A stretch of 64,000 nt of DNA from Klebsormidium nitens. Lineage: Eukaryota; Plantae; Klebsormidiophyceae. The notes beneath the pieces are model-generated. The model did not search any database. It had not been told where the DNA came from and saw nothing but the letters and a program-made list of their open reading frames with translations. Location: assembly GCA_000708835.1 (NCBI GenBank), contig DF236991.1:124001-188000 (forward strand), read 5' to 3'. Made by a program: the position numbers and the translations under genes. Shown piece by piece: positions 1 through 12,585 of the stretch (positions are counted from its first letter, which is position 1; every line of letters begins with the position of its first letter).

Positions 1-12
1 GGTTCTGCCAAG

Positions 13-611
13 TTGACTAGGCGGGCTTTGCGGACTTTCTGCATACACCACGTTTGCTACCGGAGTGAGGCCGGAGCTTGTCATGCAACCCCTTTCGTTC
101 TGGATGCGAGCGAAATGAAGGCTGCAAGAAAGACCTTGTTGCTACTCGCCTCCTGTCATTCTCTCAATCTCTTACGTTCTCTGCTCCTGCCCGCAGATGG
201 AGTTCTCCTGGATGGACAAGGAAGACTGGAACACGTTCGGCGATGGGTGGACACGTGGCACCCGGGGGTCCAAGCACTGGCCGCATTAGCGTCTTTAAAC
301 CCCACAGGTAAAGAGGTAGTCAGCGTAATGCAACGAGGGTTGATGATTAAAGCGAGGTGTTCTATGTGCGCAAAAACTTGTTCGAAACTGAGGAAGAGAC
401 ATCGAGGTACGAATGGCATTTGTCTCCAGATGACATTCAAGAATTTTTACGGGTCGGACTTGCGCGACCACTCTGGCGCAACGAGCTTGGTCCTGTGATA
501 AAGTGTCCTTTAGGGTATGCCTACCACTCAAACGAGAAGGGCGTTGACAGAATGATTGCTCCAAGGAGTTCAGTACGGAGAGATGGATTACCATCGTCCG
601 TGTTTCTATAG
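13..611 (+). CDS. Possible 3' part of a spliced gene of unknown function
   Basis: Two protein-like open frames (SEMKAARKTLLLLASCHSLNLL... and VFYVRKNLFETEEETSRYEW...) in different frames. The joining intron was not resolved and no family was recognised. Confidence 0.3.
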
Positions 612-640
612 AGAACATTACTTCGCACTGTCTGCGATGC

Positions 641-674
641 CACTTTCATTGAGATGTCACTTTCATTGAGATGT
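641..674. repeat. Perfect 17-bp tandem duplication (CACTTTCATTGAGATGT x2)
   Basis: Read directly from the sequence. Confidence 0.9.
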
Positions 675-3433
675 CCATCTGATGCGCTTTCTGCGGCAAC
701 AGGATCTTCCGTGCGTCGTTACTTAAATAGGCTGCTTTTATCCTCGTTGGCCATGATAGAGAACCCGGGCTTCTCTTGGCACAGGTAATGGTAGCCATTG
801 CTGGAGCAAAGCGAATACCAAGCAACTTAGGTGTCTGTTTCTTCTGATAAGTGCACCCCGGGACAGAATCGCAAGCAAACCACACACCTTATACACTTAG
901 TACGAAAGGCAATGTCGCTTTCAAAGCTTCCATTCACCACCCCTCGTATCGCCTGCCATCGCTGCGCACCGGCAAGTTGCACCAGTTACGCAACTCCTAG
1001 TCATCCTCAAAGCCTGCTCATGTGTAGTCCGCGCGCGTCAGGTCAAGTACGTTGGATGAATGTGACTCTCCGAAGCTTGCATCCTTGCACACGACGGTCC
1101 TTCGCTTCTGTATATTTTGTCAAGATCTACACGTGCACCGCTTCAGGTGGCAAGGACGACGGGCTGAGTTTTTAAAGCTTACAAGCAGGTATGGTACGTG
1201 CCGGTAGCCATCTACTTTTTTGTGTCTAGATTTGCTTCTGAATTCTTCGAAGTCTTGCCTCTTCTTCAGTTAACGCCTTTAGAGGCTTGCCCTTTGCGGA
1301 GTCAACTCGACTTGGCAGTTGTGCTCGATATCCAGATCGTTATGAACCATATTAATTTGGAGGGCTGTTAGAGCCCCAATTCTTGTTGCCAGTCGGGTAT
1401 CAGCTCGTACACTTCTCAAAATCAACCGTGACTACATAGACCATGCATGCTTCTGGGTTTGCTGCCACTTTCGTGGATCGGATTAGTCCAGGGTTATGAG
1501 TCTTGTGTTGAGTTGAATGCAGGTATCTTTTTGGATCTGCATGGTTGTTGTGACGTACCAGGCGGAAGTTCTCTCACTGGGTTGGGCATTAGTACGTTCT
1601 TATGAATCGCATGCTCAATTGTGTGACACCCAGCCCCTTGGAGTTGTTTTGTTTGGTGCTTCCCTAATGATGTGCTCGTCGGCAGTGCTAATCGGCTAGC
1701 ACTCGTGATTAGTTTTGATTACCGCGTGAGACGCTTGCTTTTCGAGGGCAGATGAGCAGGATCTAATCCTGCTTGGTCCACAAGCTCGCCGAGGCATGTT
1801 TCGAGTTCCGCAGCCCTCAAATCTGCTTCTGATGGTGTTGCCACAGAGCGTATTATCTAGTACTCGATGCTATCAACATCGCGGCCTTTGGACACAAGCC
1901 TTTAAATTGTGATTCGATTACATCTATCTCCGAGGGCTGATTATCGCCCGCTTTGGAGTATGGTAGCTTTCTGTGTCTGCATGCGCTCAATATTAATAGT
2001 CACAAAAATCTCGATTCAAAGCCGGTGTCACAAAAGAGATGTCATTAAAGCGCACTGGCGTTTCTGCAATAGAGCAATGTTCACGACCCCTTGTCTTCGA
2101 CGTTTTCCGAACCAAAGGAGAGTCTGCACGGCGATGATAAAGGAGAGAGCGACGTTTGCCAATCGTCACTGATCCTTGAACGTGTTTGATGCCCAAAAGC
2201 TTCGTGACAAAAGATGCAGGCGGGCGACCTGGTTGAAATCCACACTACGTTGCGTCTCAATTGCCTTGTTCTCTTTTCACAGTGAACCCACTTTACAAGC
2301 ACTGATTGAGCAACTTCGTGACCTTTGATCATGCACTGGTCGGTTCCTCAGCCTTGCATTGGCAACTTCAATCGAGCCTTGGTATGGACTTGCAGCTAGA
2401 CGCCTTGCCTTTGCGCACTTGCTTTCCCGTATTTGGGCTTGTGGGGCTGCTTTGCTGCCTCTTTGAGTTTATTGAGCGCTCGAAAGTGCTGCGTTGAAGC
2501 CACTAGTTCTGGGCTGATTGACGAATTTCGCGGAGAGCTTCAGAGCTCTTGGCTATTACTGGGCGCCCAACAGCGAACGTGTCTAAGATCGAGAAATGAT
2601 ATGAGTATGTGTGACCCATCTTGGCTATGATGACGGTTCAAAAGGCGGGAAGCCCAGTGCTCGTCGTATGCGTATCTCGTGGCAGTCACTGTCCTTACGA
2701 TCCGCCTTCACTTATCTGCTGTTTTGGACTCTCAATCTGCGCGAGCCTCAGCAATTCTTATGTATACAAGTTGTCCTTGACGTCGGCCCTTGAGCTCGTG
2801 TTAGTCGCCGCTTCCATCCGCAGATCGTCCTTGGAGATGCGGAGCAGAGTTCTAGCCACTGCCTCCTCTGATCCACCGGCTGGGAACGGCTAAAACATCG
2901 ACTGTTGTGCTCTGTGGCTGCATACTATAGTTACCAGATTTTCAGTGATGCATGATTAGAGCTGTAAAATGGTCAGAGTTGGCGACCTTACAGCGTCCCC
3001 GCGATCTCTGACCCCGATTCAAATCCCAGTGCAGACGCGCAGGTCCAGACGTCTGTGATAATGTACCATGCGCGTCTTGTTACTGCCTAGCTGCCGCTCT
3101 ATCACGCATCTTTGAACATCAAACTGCATTCAAACAGCTTGTCGAGTCGGTAAGTTAAGGTAGCCGGCACCCAAGGTTAGTTTCTGTGGCAGCGATCGCA
3201 CTTGTTTGGGGTTTGTGTCCGCCCCAACGGTTGTCTTCCCCGACTTTTTCATGAGCCACTGGTCTCACAGCGTGCATTGTTCAACAAGCATTCATTTCTT
3301 GACAAGTGCAGTCTTTTAGTGTCCCTCTTTGCGAGGACTGCTTGTATTTAGTTCGTACAAGCAATTTTTTGATATCTTCTGTATGCACATCATCTCGCAG
3401 TTGTTCGATTATAAACCTTTATAAGTTGCCTTC

Positions 3434-3474
3434 ATATGTAGCCTTTATATGTAGCCTTTATATGTAGCCTTTAT
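3434..3474. repeat. 13-bp tandem repeat (ATATGTAGCCTTT x3)
   Basis: Read directly from the sequence. Confidence 0.9.
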
Positions 3475-4351
3475 CATAAAGCTTGAGCAGTATCAGAGTG
3501 CCTTTACGAGCTTGCTGGTTACAGTCTGATTGAAATCTTGCAGGGTCTATGTACCCGCTATAAGTGCGGCCCGCTTCGTCTCTTCGTTTGTACCGCCCTC
3601 CTTCTAGCTTGTAACCGCTTGTTTTCCGCTTTCCTAAAATTACTATCTTGCGAGATGCATCCTTTATGGAGGGTCGACTCCTAAAAGGTGCTTGGGACAA
3701 CAGCTTGAAATTCAAGATTAGTCTCGGCGGGTACGGGTACCCCAGCGTTGAAAGGACGACAGTAAAAGGTTCTTGAATCGGAATGTTACTATGGTTGGTA
3801 GTCGGTGAACGTTGTGTTGAAGGGTTTGCAACGATCTGGGCCTCGCAGTCTGCGCTTACACATGCTGCAGTGCGTACCAAGCATGGCTTGACCTTTGATT
3901 CTCTACAAGTAATCTCACTTTTGACGTCCAGCCTCAACCGAGGAGCTATAGCAGGCACCGGTTGGGTCGCTGAGTGGCGTTTCACAATTCTGGGCGCTTG
4001 AGAGTTTTTCCTCAAAGAACATGTCTTCTGGCGAAACCACATTCTCGGGGGTTTTATATATGAATCATTTGTTGCGTCCGTGGCGATGATTGCGGGTCTG
4101 GCAAGGTTTAATGCCATGATTGCTCCTACCATAGATTGATATGTTGCCCGGACAAAAGCTTCTGCATCCAGAACTCTCATCCGACTCAATGCCATGGCCT
4201 GGTACTGCCAAAATCTTAATTCCGCCACATAGCAACCTCTGCCAGACATTTCTCGCATACCATAGCGTTTAAGCATCGAAGAGTGGGTATGCGCACAACT
4301 CCAGGCTAACGAACCGAAAGTGGCTTGAGGTTTGTTTGGAAGGATCCTCAC
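3458..4351 (-). CDS. 297-codon open frame, unknown; may be a chance ORF or a remnant
   Basis: Longest ORF in the track. No recognisable motif, and an overlapping frame also looks protein-like but carries stops. Confidence 0.2.
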   Translation of the reverse strand: MRILPNKPQATFGSLAWSCAHTHSSMLKRYGMREMSGRGCYVAELRFWQYQAMALSRMRVLDAEAFVRATYQSMVGAIMALNLARPAIIATDATNDSYIKPPRMWFRQKTCSLRKNSQAPRIVKRHSATQPVPAIAPRLRLDVKSEITCRESKVKPCLVRTAACVSADCEAQIVANPSTQRSPTTNHSNIPIQEPFTVVLSTLGYPYPPRLILNFKLLSQAPFRSRPSIKDASRKIVILGKRKTSGYKLEGGRYKRRDEAGRTYSGYIDPARFQSDCNQQARKGTLILLKLYDKGYI

Positions 4352-5874
4352 TCTGGCACGCTGCGCGTTAAGCCAGCCATCGATTAAAGGTCCACGGCTT
4401 TAAACTCACACGAAATGTTTACCCCTGTCTCTCAGCCGCTTTGTCAGTATCCTTCGCTTGAGTCGCCCGTTTTGGTTGTCCTCAAGCATGGCAGGAAAGG
4501 CATTGAATCCTTAGCTAGGCGAATATCCTGCGGTCGCCAGACCCTATTATTTACCCCCTCTTCTAGCTGCTGCTCATGCAAAATGATCTGGAAACCTATG
4601 TCCGGCAGTGATACGAGCCGGCAATTGACTCTGAAGGGGTTATGACAACGTCCAGCTCTTGTGAGCCAGGCAGCGCAGCTGGGGTTGCAAAAAAGGAGAC
4701 ACACCAACGAACGCGTGTCTACGTTCTTCGTCCCCCGTCTTTCATCTCAAATCGTCTCTGTCACCCACGTCGCACTTGGTCTACGTCACCCTTCCGGTGT
4801 CACGAGTGCAGAAGCCAACGCCGTAATTGCTTACGATGGGACCGACATTCGGCTTAGGAAAACCGTGGTACTTCGCTTCGGTTTTGGCAGAGTGGGTTGT
4901 TGCAGCGTGGCTATGACAGGCACCTTTGTTAGCTCGCCATGCTCTTTTTGGCGACCACAGGGCGTTCGCTGACGCCAATCTCCTTCAGCGAGTTGATGAT
5001 TGCGCCTGTGCAAAATTCGCTAGCAGTGGATCGTAAAACTCTCTTTTCTCCTTAATTCACGTGCATGACTTTGAATCCGCTGTTGCTTTCAATCGTTCAG
5101 GCTCACAGTCGTTTAGCCGCAATCAAAGGCTGATCATAACTGAGCTTGCGAAGGCGTCTTTCAATACGGCTGATGAATTTTTTTCGTCTTGAGAAAATTC
5201 CCGCCACGTCCTCTTTTGCTGCTCAGGCTTTCCGAAAACGACCGCAATGACTGATTCTCGCTTTGCAAGTTGGCAACGCTCGCTCCGTGGGTGTTATCGG
5301 ATTGCGGTCCAATGGTGTTGTTTCGCGAAAAAAGTAGAGGCTTCGCTTCTTGTAAGGCTTCGTCAAAGTCGTTGGATTTTATTTGACCGTACGACCATCG
5401 ACCCTGAATCCCCTTACTTTTCGGGTTCTCGCGTCACTTGTCCACTTGCGCACAAGCTTGTTTGGCCGCTGAAGCAGTCGGATCAGCAGCATTCAACAAT
5501 CGGCCTTGCAACGGCCAACACTGCAACTGTTTTCAGTATCGCGACCACTCGTATCGTTGACCCTCTTAGCAATCTGAACTGGCAGATTAACTATCTTACA
5601 TAGCTGCTTCAGTTGATGGCACGCCCGCATCATTTATTTGCAGTTCAATGGTAGGAAGAACCGGCCGCGCGCGGAAGTGCTGGCCGCAAAAGCTTGTACA
5701 ATATGCCTCTTTCATTATTAGCCAGGGCAAGGACGAAAACTTGGGAACATTGTCGCCCACAGCAAGTATGATGATAGACTCCGACGCCCACATTGAGGTC
5801 TACAAGTGTCCGGTCGTTTCCGCTCCTTGTGCTGCAGCTATCTCAAACAGAGTGCACAGCTGTTCAAAGTAGTC

Positions 5875-6460
5875 TCACTTACGGGACTCGAGGTGGCGGT
5901 CACCATTTGATTCTCGCACCAGGCTGCCTCGAAGTTTCTGGAGAGCACTTCGACGATCAAATCCGCGGTATGCACTCACACGTGAAAGAAGTAGCTGTTC
6001 GAATTGCTTCCTGGATACATCAACTTTGCACGTCCCTTGACGCCGGACAGCGTGTGTTGGTACTTGTGGGCCGTGTCTTGGTAGCAAGAATGACGCATGA
6101 GGCGTTTTGCTGCGCACTATCGGTAAGGTCCAAAGCTGACCCTTCCTCTGAAGCCTTGCCGGGGTCTAGAGTGCTGACTGGTTGTGATTATGAAGTGGAG
6201 AAAGGGCTCATGGCCCAGCGCTTACTGGATCTTTGATGCAATCATCGCGTTGACCCCTTTTTAAGAGCTTGCTGGCTACGTCTCTTTGAAGCTTTTCAAG
6301 GACTGTTGGCAGCTTTTGCAGCCCTCGCGGCCGTCTCACCTCTTTCTCCCAAGTCAGTCTAGGGGCCGCCTCGCTGCGTAACCGTTCAAACTTCAGATAC
6401 TTATATTTTTCGAAACATACCACCGTTCTTCTGTAAGTCGATCCTGACTCGGACGTCAAA
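5875..6460 (-). pseudogene. Interrupted protein-like remnant inside the array
   Basis: Minus frame reads AKRLMRHSCYQDTAHKYQHTLSGVKGRAKLMYPGSNSNSYFFHV*VHTADLIVEVLSRNFEAAWCENQ, with an internal stop. Confidence 0.3.
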
Positions 6461-8869
6461 ATTACTTGGTTGGTTGTTCGCGTGGCCAGTTTTCGGAGCC
6501 CATAGAGAGGCTAACTCCGCAATGATACAGGCACCGGTCGGACTCTGACTCAAAGGGTCAACGCTGACCAGCCCTCAGCCCACTCTGAAGCCAGGCCGCA
6601 CAGCTCTATAGGGATGCATGGAGAGGCGTTTTGCAGCTAGAATCACTGCTCGCTTCATTAATATTGGTCGATGCATATTCCTCTCCAGTCGATTGTAATC
6701 CTGTACCTTAAAACGCTTGGCTGTCTTCGTTACCTTGTGCGTCGAAGCAAGACATCCCAAAGTCGTCTATGCGAAGCATTGAACCGTCAAGGTCATGAGC
6801 TTCACCATGACGCAAATGGTATGGCGCTAGCGTTGGTGTATACCATAATTACATGCTCGTCGATTGCTGCTGAGTGGCTATGATTGCATCTTGGGAGCCA
6901 CGGCTCCCAGTGGAAGTTGGAGGGTCTTGACGCCGCCGTGTTTTTCAGGTCCAATATCCACCGCGCTGTAGTAGCGGGTGGATTCATCAATTCAGTCCCC
7001 GTAGTTCGTACAACCTTTTGCGTATCACTCTAGATAAGAACTTGGTATGGCTCTGAGTACTTCCGGTTGCTACACCGAGAAGCAAATGGTTCAAGTTTTC
7101 AAAAAGCTTCCCCATTTAGAAATCTTAAAATGCTTTATCTCGTCTCGGACGTCGACGCGTAATCACATTGATCTGCTGTGCGGCCGGGTTCAAAAAACTG
7201 CAGCAACCTCATTAGAATTCTCTTTCGCTGGCAAGGACGGATGGCGTGGATCGTACGACCCAAGTATTCTTACCTTGTAAGATTATTCTGCCGCCCTCTG
7301 TGAGACCGTGCCAAGTCCTTTTGCTCAGGGGATGCGTCCGACTGGATTTTTCGGACTGCATAAAATCCACAATCTGCACTTTTTGACACGCTCGTCAATG
7401 TGCATCCCCGTACGTTTTGAATACTGGCCCAATGACGGTATGCGTGGCTGAAGCTCGTATCGAACTGGAAAGTTGCATACGGAAAAGAACTCCCTCTTAG
7501 AGTTTCTTCTGAAATATTTTGGCCGGCAACTATGCTGCAACTCGCTGTGCTTCGACAACTCTCCGATTGTGAATCAGTTATTCCGCATGGCAGGCGTCCC
7601 TACATATCTCAGATTCGGCCGTGACACGTCCTTCTGTTGGTGCCGTCTGTTTCTTTATGGAGCCTTGCCACGGATTGCACCGTCTTCTAAAGGTGCGTGC
7701 TGATGTGGGTTTAAGTTGTATCAGCGGGCAAAATTATAGCACGGTGGATCTTGATTGACTGTTTTCCATGAGTCCGTCTTCCCGTCACGTGCTTCTTGAG
7801 TTTGGTGCGCGTTTTTGGTTGAGGCTTTGTTTTTTTTCAAGGAACTCGAATCAATAGTCATGACTATCAACCAGATCCTTTCCGTCCCTTTGTGCGACCC
7901 CGCCACGTGTTTCAGCACCGGAACAGACCCGAAGAGTCTTCTGTGCGATGGCCGACCTAATCGAACAGCGCACTTGCAACTTCGGCTTGTCTTTTCGGAG
8001 CCTGCCGCCTCGTACATTCATGCCGGCTGTGAATAAGAAGTTGGGCGAGTGTGTCCCAAAAACGTTGTCTCACTCTGATGCCGTCCTTGTCTGTTTCTGC
8101 TCCTGACTTTTCATCCGCGGACCGCAGCACACCGGCCGTGTTCAAAACGTCCACGTGCCAGCTTCAGTCTTTCAAACCTCCTACTGCTACGAACCTGAAC
8201 TTCGCCTGGGGCTCGGCCCGTTCCAAGCCGTCAAGGAAACCTAATAATTCCATGCGAAATGTCAATTCGACCTGCGCCGGCCTACGGTTTGATCAAACTT
8301 TCCGGCTACGAACTTATCCTTTCTAATCTTGCCGATCCCTGCAAAGCAATCGTACTTGACATTTCTTAGATCTACAGCTATATACACGAACGGGATGCGA
8401 ACTAAAAGATCCGATGTCACCTACACGTAGGGCCGCTTCTCCTGTCTCTTGCATACGGTGTTTTAGCGCGGCAAGCCAGAAGCAGCAGCAGCTGTGGCGT
8501 CTTCTTTGTGTGCTGTTAACTTCTAACGAGCACGTCGTACTTACTTGGCATTGATCCAGCAACCCGCATGGGGCGTTCTGTCTTCGCCTCAACGCTCATG
8601 ATCCTCGTTCTTCTCTGCGAGCCACCTTGAGGCGTCCGAAAAAGCCAGAAGGTATTCATAATCCCCAGTACCTTGTAAAAGCAACGGAAATGCTGCCCGA
8701 CCCATCGTGATACTGCTTGGTGCAAGTCTAACACGCAGAAATGCATCTGAGCTTCGACGAACGTCGGATACCTCCTAAGCCACGAACTATCAATCCGTGC
8801 GGCAGCTTTAGCTGCCTACCCAAACAGATTGGAAGCTCCCGTCGACCGCTGCCAGTGAACATGGTCGTC

Positions 8870-9295
8870 TTACTTTTCTTTTGAGATCACCGCATGGCCG
8901 GGCGGCGCGCAGCCGCAAAAGGCAATGAAGGTGCCGTTTATGCTTTGATATGTCCCTAAGTCGAACAAATACCACAGGGTTTTGCCATTCTCCACCGTCG
9001 TTACGTGCAGAGGCGCTCGCTCGACCCGTTCACCGCGCACCCCCGCCGCCGGGACCTGTCCATGTTCATAGTCCGCGCGCGTCAGCCAGCTAGAGCCACT
9101 GAGAGCAACCCCTGGAGGCACCATGTCCACAGAAAGCTTCAGCCGGCGCTGAAGCAATTGTGAACTTGAATTCGTGTGCTTTACGTTTGTAATGGGCGCG
9201 GTGAGCTTTTGGGCAGCGATTGATCCGCCGGTCTGAGGTGTCCTTCGCCTCATCACTGGACGTGTTATACTGAGCCGTTCTAAATCTGGTTGCAA
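8870..9295 (-). pseudogene. Protein-like ORF fragment, unknown family
   Basis: Globular-looking stretch ADYEHGQVPAAGVRGERVERAPLHVTTVENGKTLWYLFDLGTYQSINGTFIAF. No start or splice context established. Confidence 0.25.
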
Positions 9296-11855
9296 ATTTT
9301 TACGAGGGCCGAGGGAAGGCGGCTTCTACCCGGCCCATAGCCTCTTATCCGCTTTCTTTGCTACTCGCTCGAAGTGGTCTGCCTAAGTTGTGTGGAAGCT
9401 TATATCATCGAGTTTTTGAATTTTGCGCCGTCTCGAGTCCACGACAGCCTCGTTGTTTGCCAGGCCACGAGTCAAAATGGTACCGGATCCTGTACAAACC
9501 TTCAAATGCACTTCGGAAGTCGAATGTACAGCACGTGTCTCAGGTTCTCTTCTTTTATCTTCTTTGAATCTTACTTCTGCTTCGTAGTCTGTGTATTATC
9601 ATGATGGTCGAAGCTTTGTTCCTTCCGGCATGCCATTCTAGGGTCAAGCCGGGAAGCGGGATGACCTTGACTCTATACTGAACACAGGCCTTTCCTCTGC
9701 TTCTAACATCGCCGTTCCAATACGAATCAATTGCAGTGAGACGACCGATTTAGCAGCAGATCTACCGCCTCGTTTTGCGGCACGCGCCCCTTGAACTCTT
9801 TCTCGCCGTCCGTGATCTGAGCTCATAAATTGGGAGAATGTCCCAAAGGACGAGTGCTATTGTGATGCCATGCTTATCACTAGCTCATCCTGCCCTCTGA
9901 TTTGTGTTGCCCATGAACTGCTTTTGATCGGATCGCTTAAATACTGTGCCATGATGCGGTCAGTTGACTAGTTCTTCTGCAGCCCCTTTTTTTTGGATAA
10001 AGGGTTTGCTTCTAGCTTTCCCGGCTCTTGTTCAAGGAATTTGTATGTTAACCAGTATGCCAGGATCCGTCTTTGATCTGGAACTTTTTTTCATCTTTTC
10101 TATCTTGGTATTTTCTAATTCTCCGGCTCCCTGCTAAACGATCTTCCAATGGACGTTTCGCTGCGGAGGAAAACGAGTGTCGATCACTAAATCAACGAAG
10201 CCCGGTGCAACCGATTGGCTTGGTCAAGCTAGACACAGGATGGAAGGCGCACGTGGCCAGGGGCTGCTGCCGCCGGCCGGCCAGACATCAATTGCAATTG
10301 TCCCTTTTGATGCCGTACTCACTTGAGTCGATTGCTGCTGAGTGGCTAAGATTCTAGTCGTGGGAGCCACGCCTCTCAGAATTTTGCGGCAATACTGAAG
10401 CCACCTTGGTGACCAGAACACACGCGGGTCCGCACCCCTTGTGATAACTGTCTAGTAGTGAATCCTGTCATATGATTAACATGCTACAAGATTGATAACT
10501 AGTCTCTGTATCTGTATACAGAGATATCTGATGACCAATCTCTTTATGTGTATACAGAGATTTCTGTATCTTTAAATCTCCGGAAGTTCTGTCCATATGC
10601 ATCTCCCACGAAATGAAACGTGCTGTTGCTGTTAGTTCTTTGGTTGTTAAAGTCCTGAAAGCAGATGACTTGGCCTGTAAGAGACTTTCCTTTTTCCAAA
10701 GTCGGGTGCTGTTTCCCTCTCGTCGAAATCTTGGACGTCTGTTGCGACAGCACTCTGCTTTGCTGAAGCGGTTCCAAACGCCGCAGGAGACCTCGTTGCT
10801 ATCTTTACTCGCTGGCAATGATGGCTTGCTTGGGCTGCACGGCCCAACTACTTGCTCGGATGTTACCATCTGACACCGTTTATCCGCTTGTGTATGCTCC
10901 ATTTTTCAAACGATTGCTTCTCAATCTGCTCTGGACTACATTGAATACTACTGTTTGGCACGCGCATGCCCAGTACGCAATTCCAATACAGGCCCGTACG
11001 TTGACAATACACATGGCGATGAGTCTGTGCCGAGGCCCCGAAGCTTGTACCGAATTGGGAATGGGCAAGAGGTCTGACGTCATCGGAACTTTCTTCTGCG
11101 ATTTTGATCTGATAGGGCAGCCCTGCTAAACTTGTGCTTCGACCAATGTCCGGTTCTCAATGACGCACTTTCTCTCATCGCGGCCATGCTTATCTTTAGA
11201 AACCAGCTTCAAGTTCACCAAAACGTTCTTTGTCATGTCTTTTGCTTTTAGTGCCGTCCTGATCTACCGCTCAAAAGACTGAGGGTCTTGACTCTGTCGT
11301 GCGTCGCACATTGGTAGCTACCGTGCAAAGCTTGGGCGATCTACTCGGCCCGTTTTCTCTAGTCCATTAGCGTATCAGTCAAGTTTTCGGGGCTGGCGCC
11401 CAGTGCAGGCAATCCAAAACAGCATGGTTATGTCGAAGAAGTATCTGTGTTTTTCGCAGTAGTTCTACAATGTCCCGGGAATTTAGGGAGATGGACGTTT
11501 GATGCGCTGTTGGACATTGAATGATCAGCACGGGCATGCCTGGGGCATTTTCCGCCTCAATAAGTGCCGTCCTCAAAAAACTGAGCCTTCAATTCTTTGC
11601 AAGGACTTTGAAGCCAAGGCACGTGTCACTACCCGTTCCACCAGTTTCAGTGCTCTTATAAATGTTTTGAATCGCTCGAGCTCTGAGAATGTCGTTCACA
11701 TGAGGAATAGAAGTTGTGACCAACGAAGAATATTGAAGAGCGTTTGCGGAAGGTGACAAGATGACCTGATAAATTGATTGCCCTACCAGAATCTGCCCTG
11801 CCTTGTCAGCTTGCATGCAAGTCTACGACCGTACGTTATTTGAACGGTCAGAGTA

Positions 11856-12585
11856 TCAGCATGCGTGTCTTTCTCTGCTTCCTCCATCCGCCTTAAAAGG
11901 TGCTGCTTCCGGTGCAAATCGATCAGGGTTTTCTGTCTGCAGCTTTGTAACCTCCGACGATGATAAGAACGACCTTGGGGCTTTCACACTGAGTTTTCGT
12001 GCTACTTCTAAGGTCGCCACTCCGTCATAAAATAGCACCGGTACGGTACGGTGAACTGCTGAATCCTTGTTGCGATGGCCCACTGCCGACTTTGCTTGGG
12101 TTCTGCAGTGTGCACGGGTACAGCCTTGTACCTTGCTGGTGGTGATGACGTAGATATTGGGCAAATGTCCCAAATGTCTTTACGGCTCTGACGCCCCCTT
12201 TGGCTCTCTTTGCTCCTAAATCTGCCACCCGTTGGCAGCTGTGCAAGTTCCGCGATTGCGTCGACCAACTGTGCTCCGTTATTACTTCCCCGAGCCAGCC
12301 TTTGAGTTTTCCAACACTAGCTTCTTCAATAGTGGGCGTTATCAGCCCTTCGCCAACAGGTGGACGGTCGGCCCCTTTCCATAGCAGGCCAAGGGACCTC
12401 TCCAGCGCGCGCCTGTAATAAAGCCTACGGCTAGTTACAATCTGTTCGTTATTTTCACCTATAGACCTGTTTTCTTCCATATCCAGTGCCTTCGCAAACA
12501 CAATCTTAGAATCAGCCGGGACAAATTCACGGCTGTTTTTCTTTGTGGAGAATAAGCAACGTCGAAGAGCTGTGGACATTGCCAT
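11856..12585 (-). pseudogene. Frameshifted protein-like remnant, unknown family
   Basis: Two overlapping minus ORFs (186 and 105 aa) that read as one frameshifted coding remnant. Confidence 0.25.
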
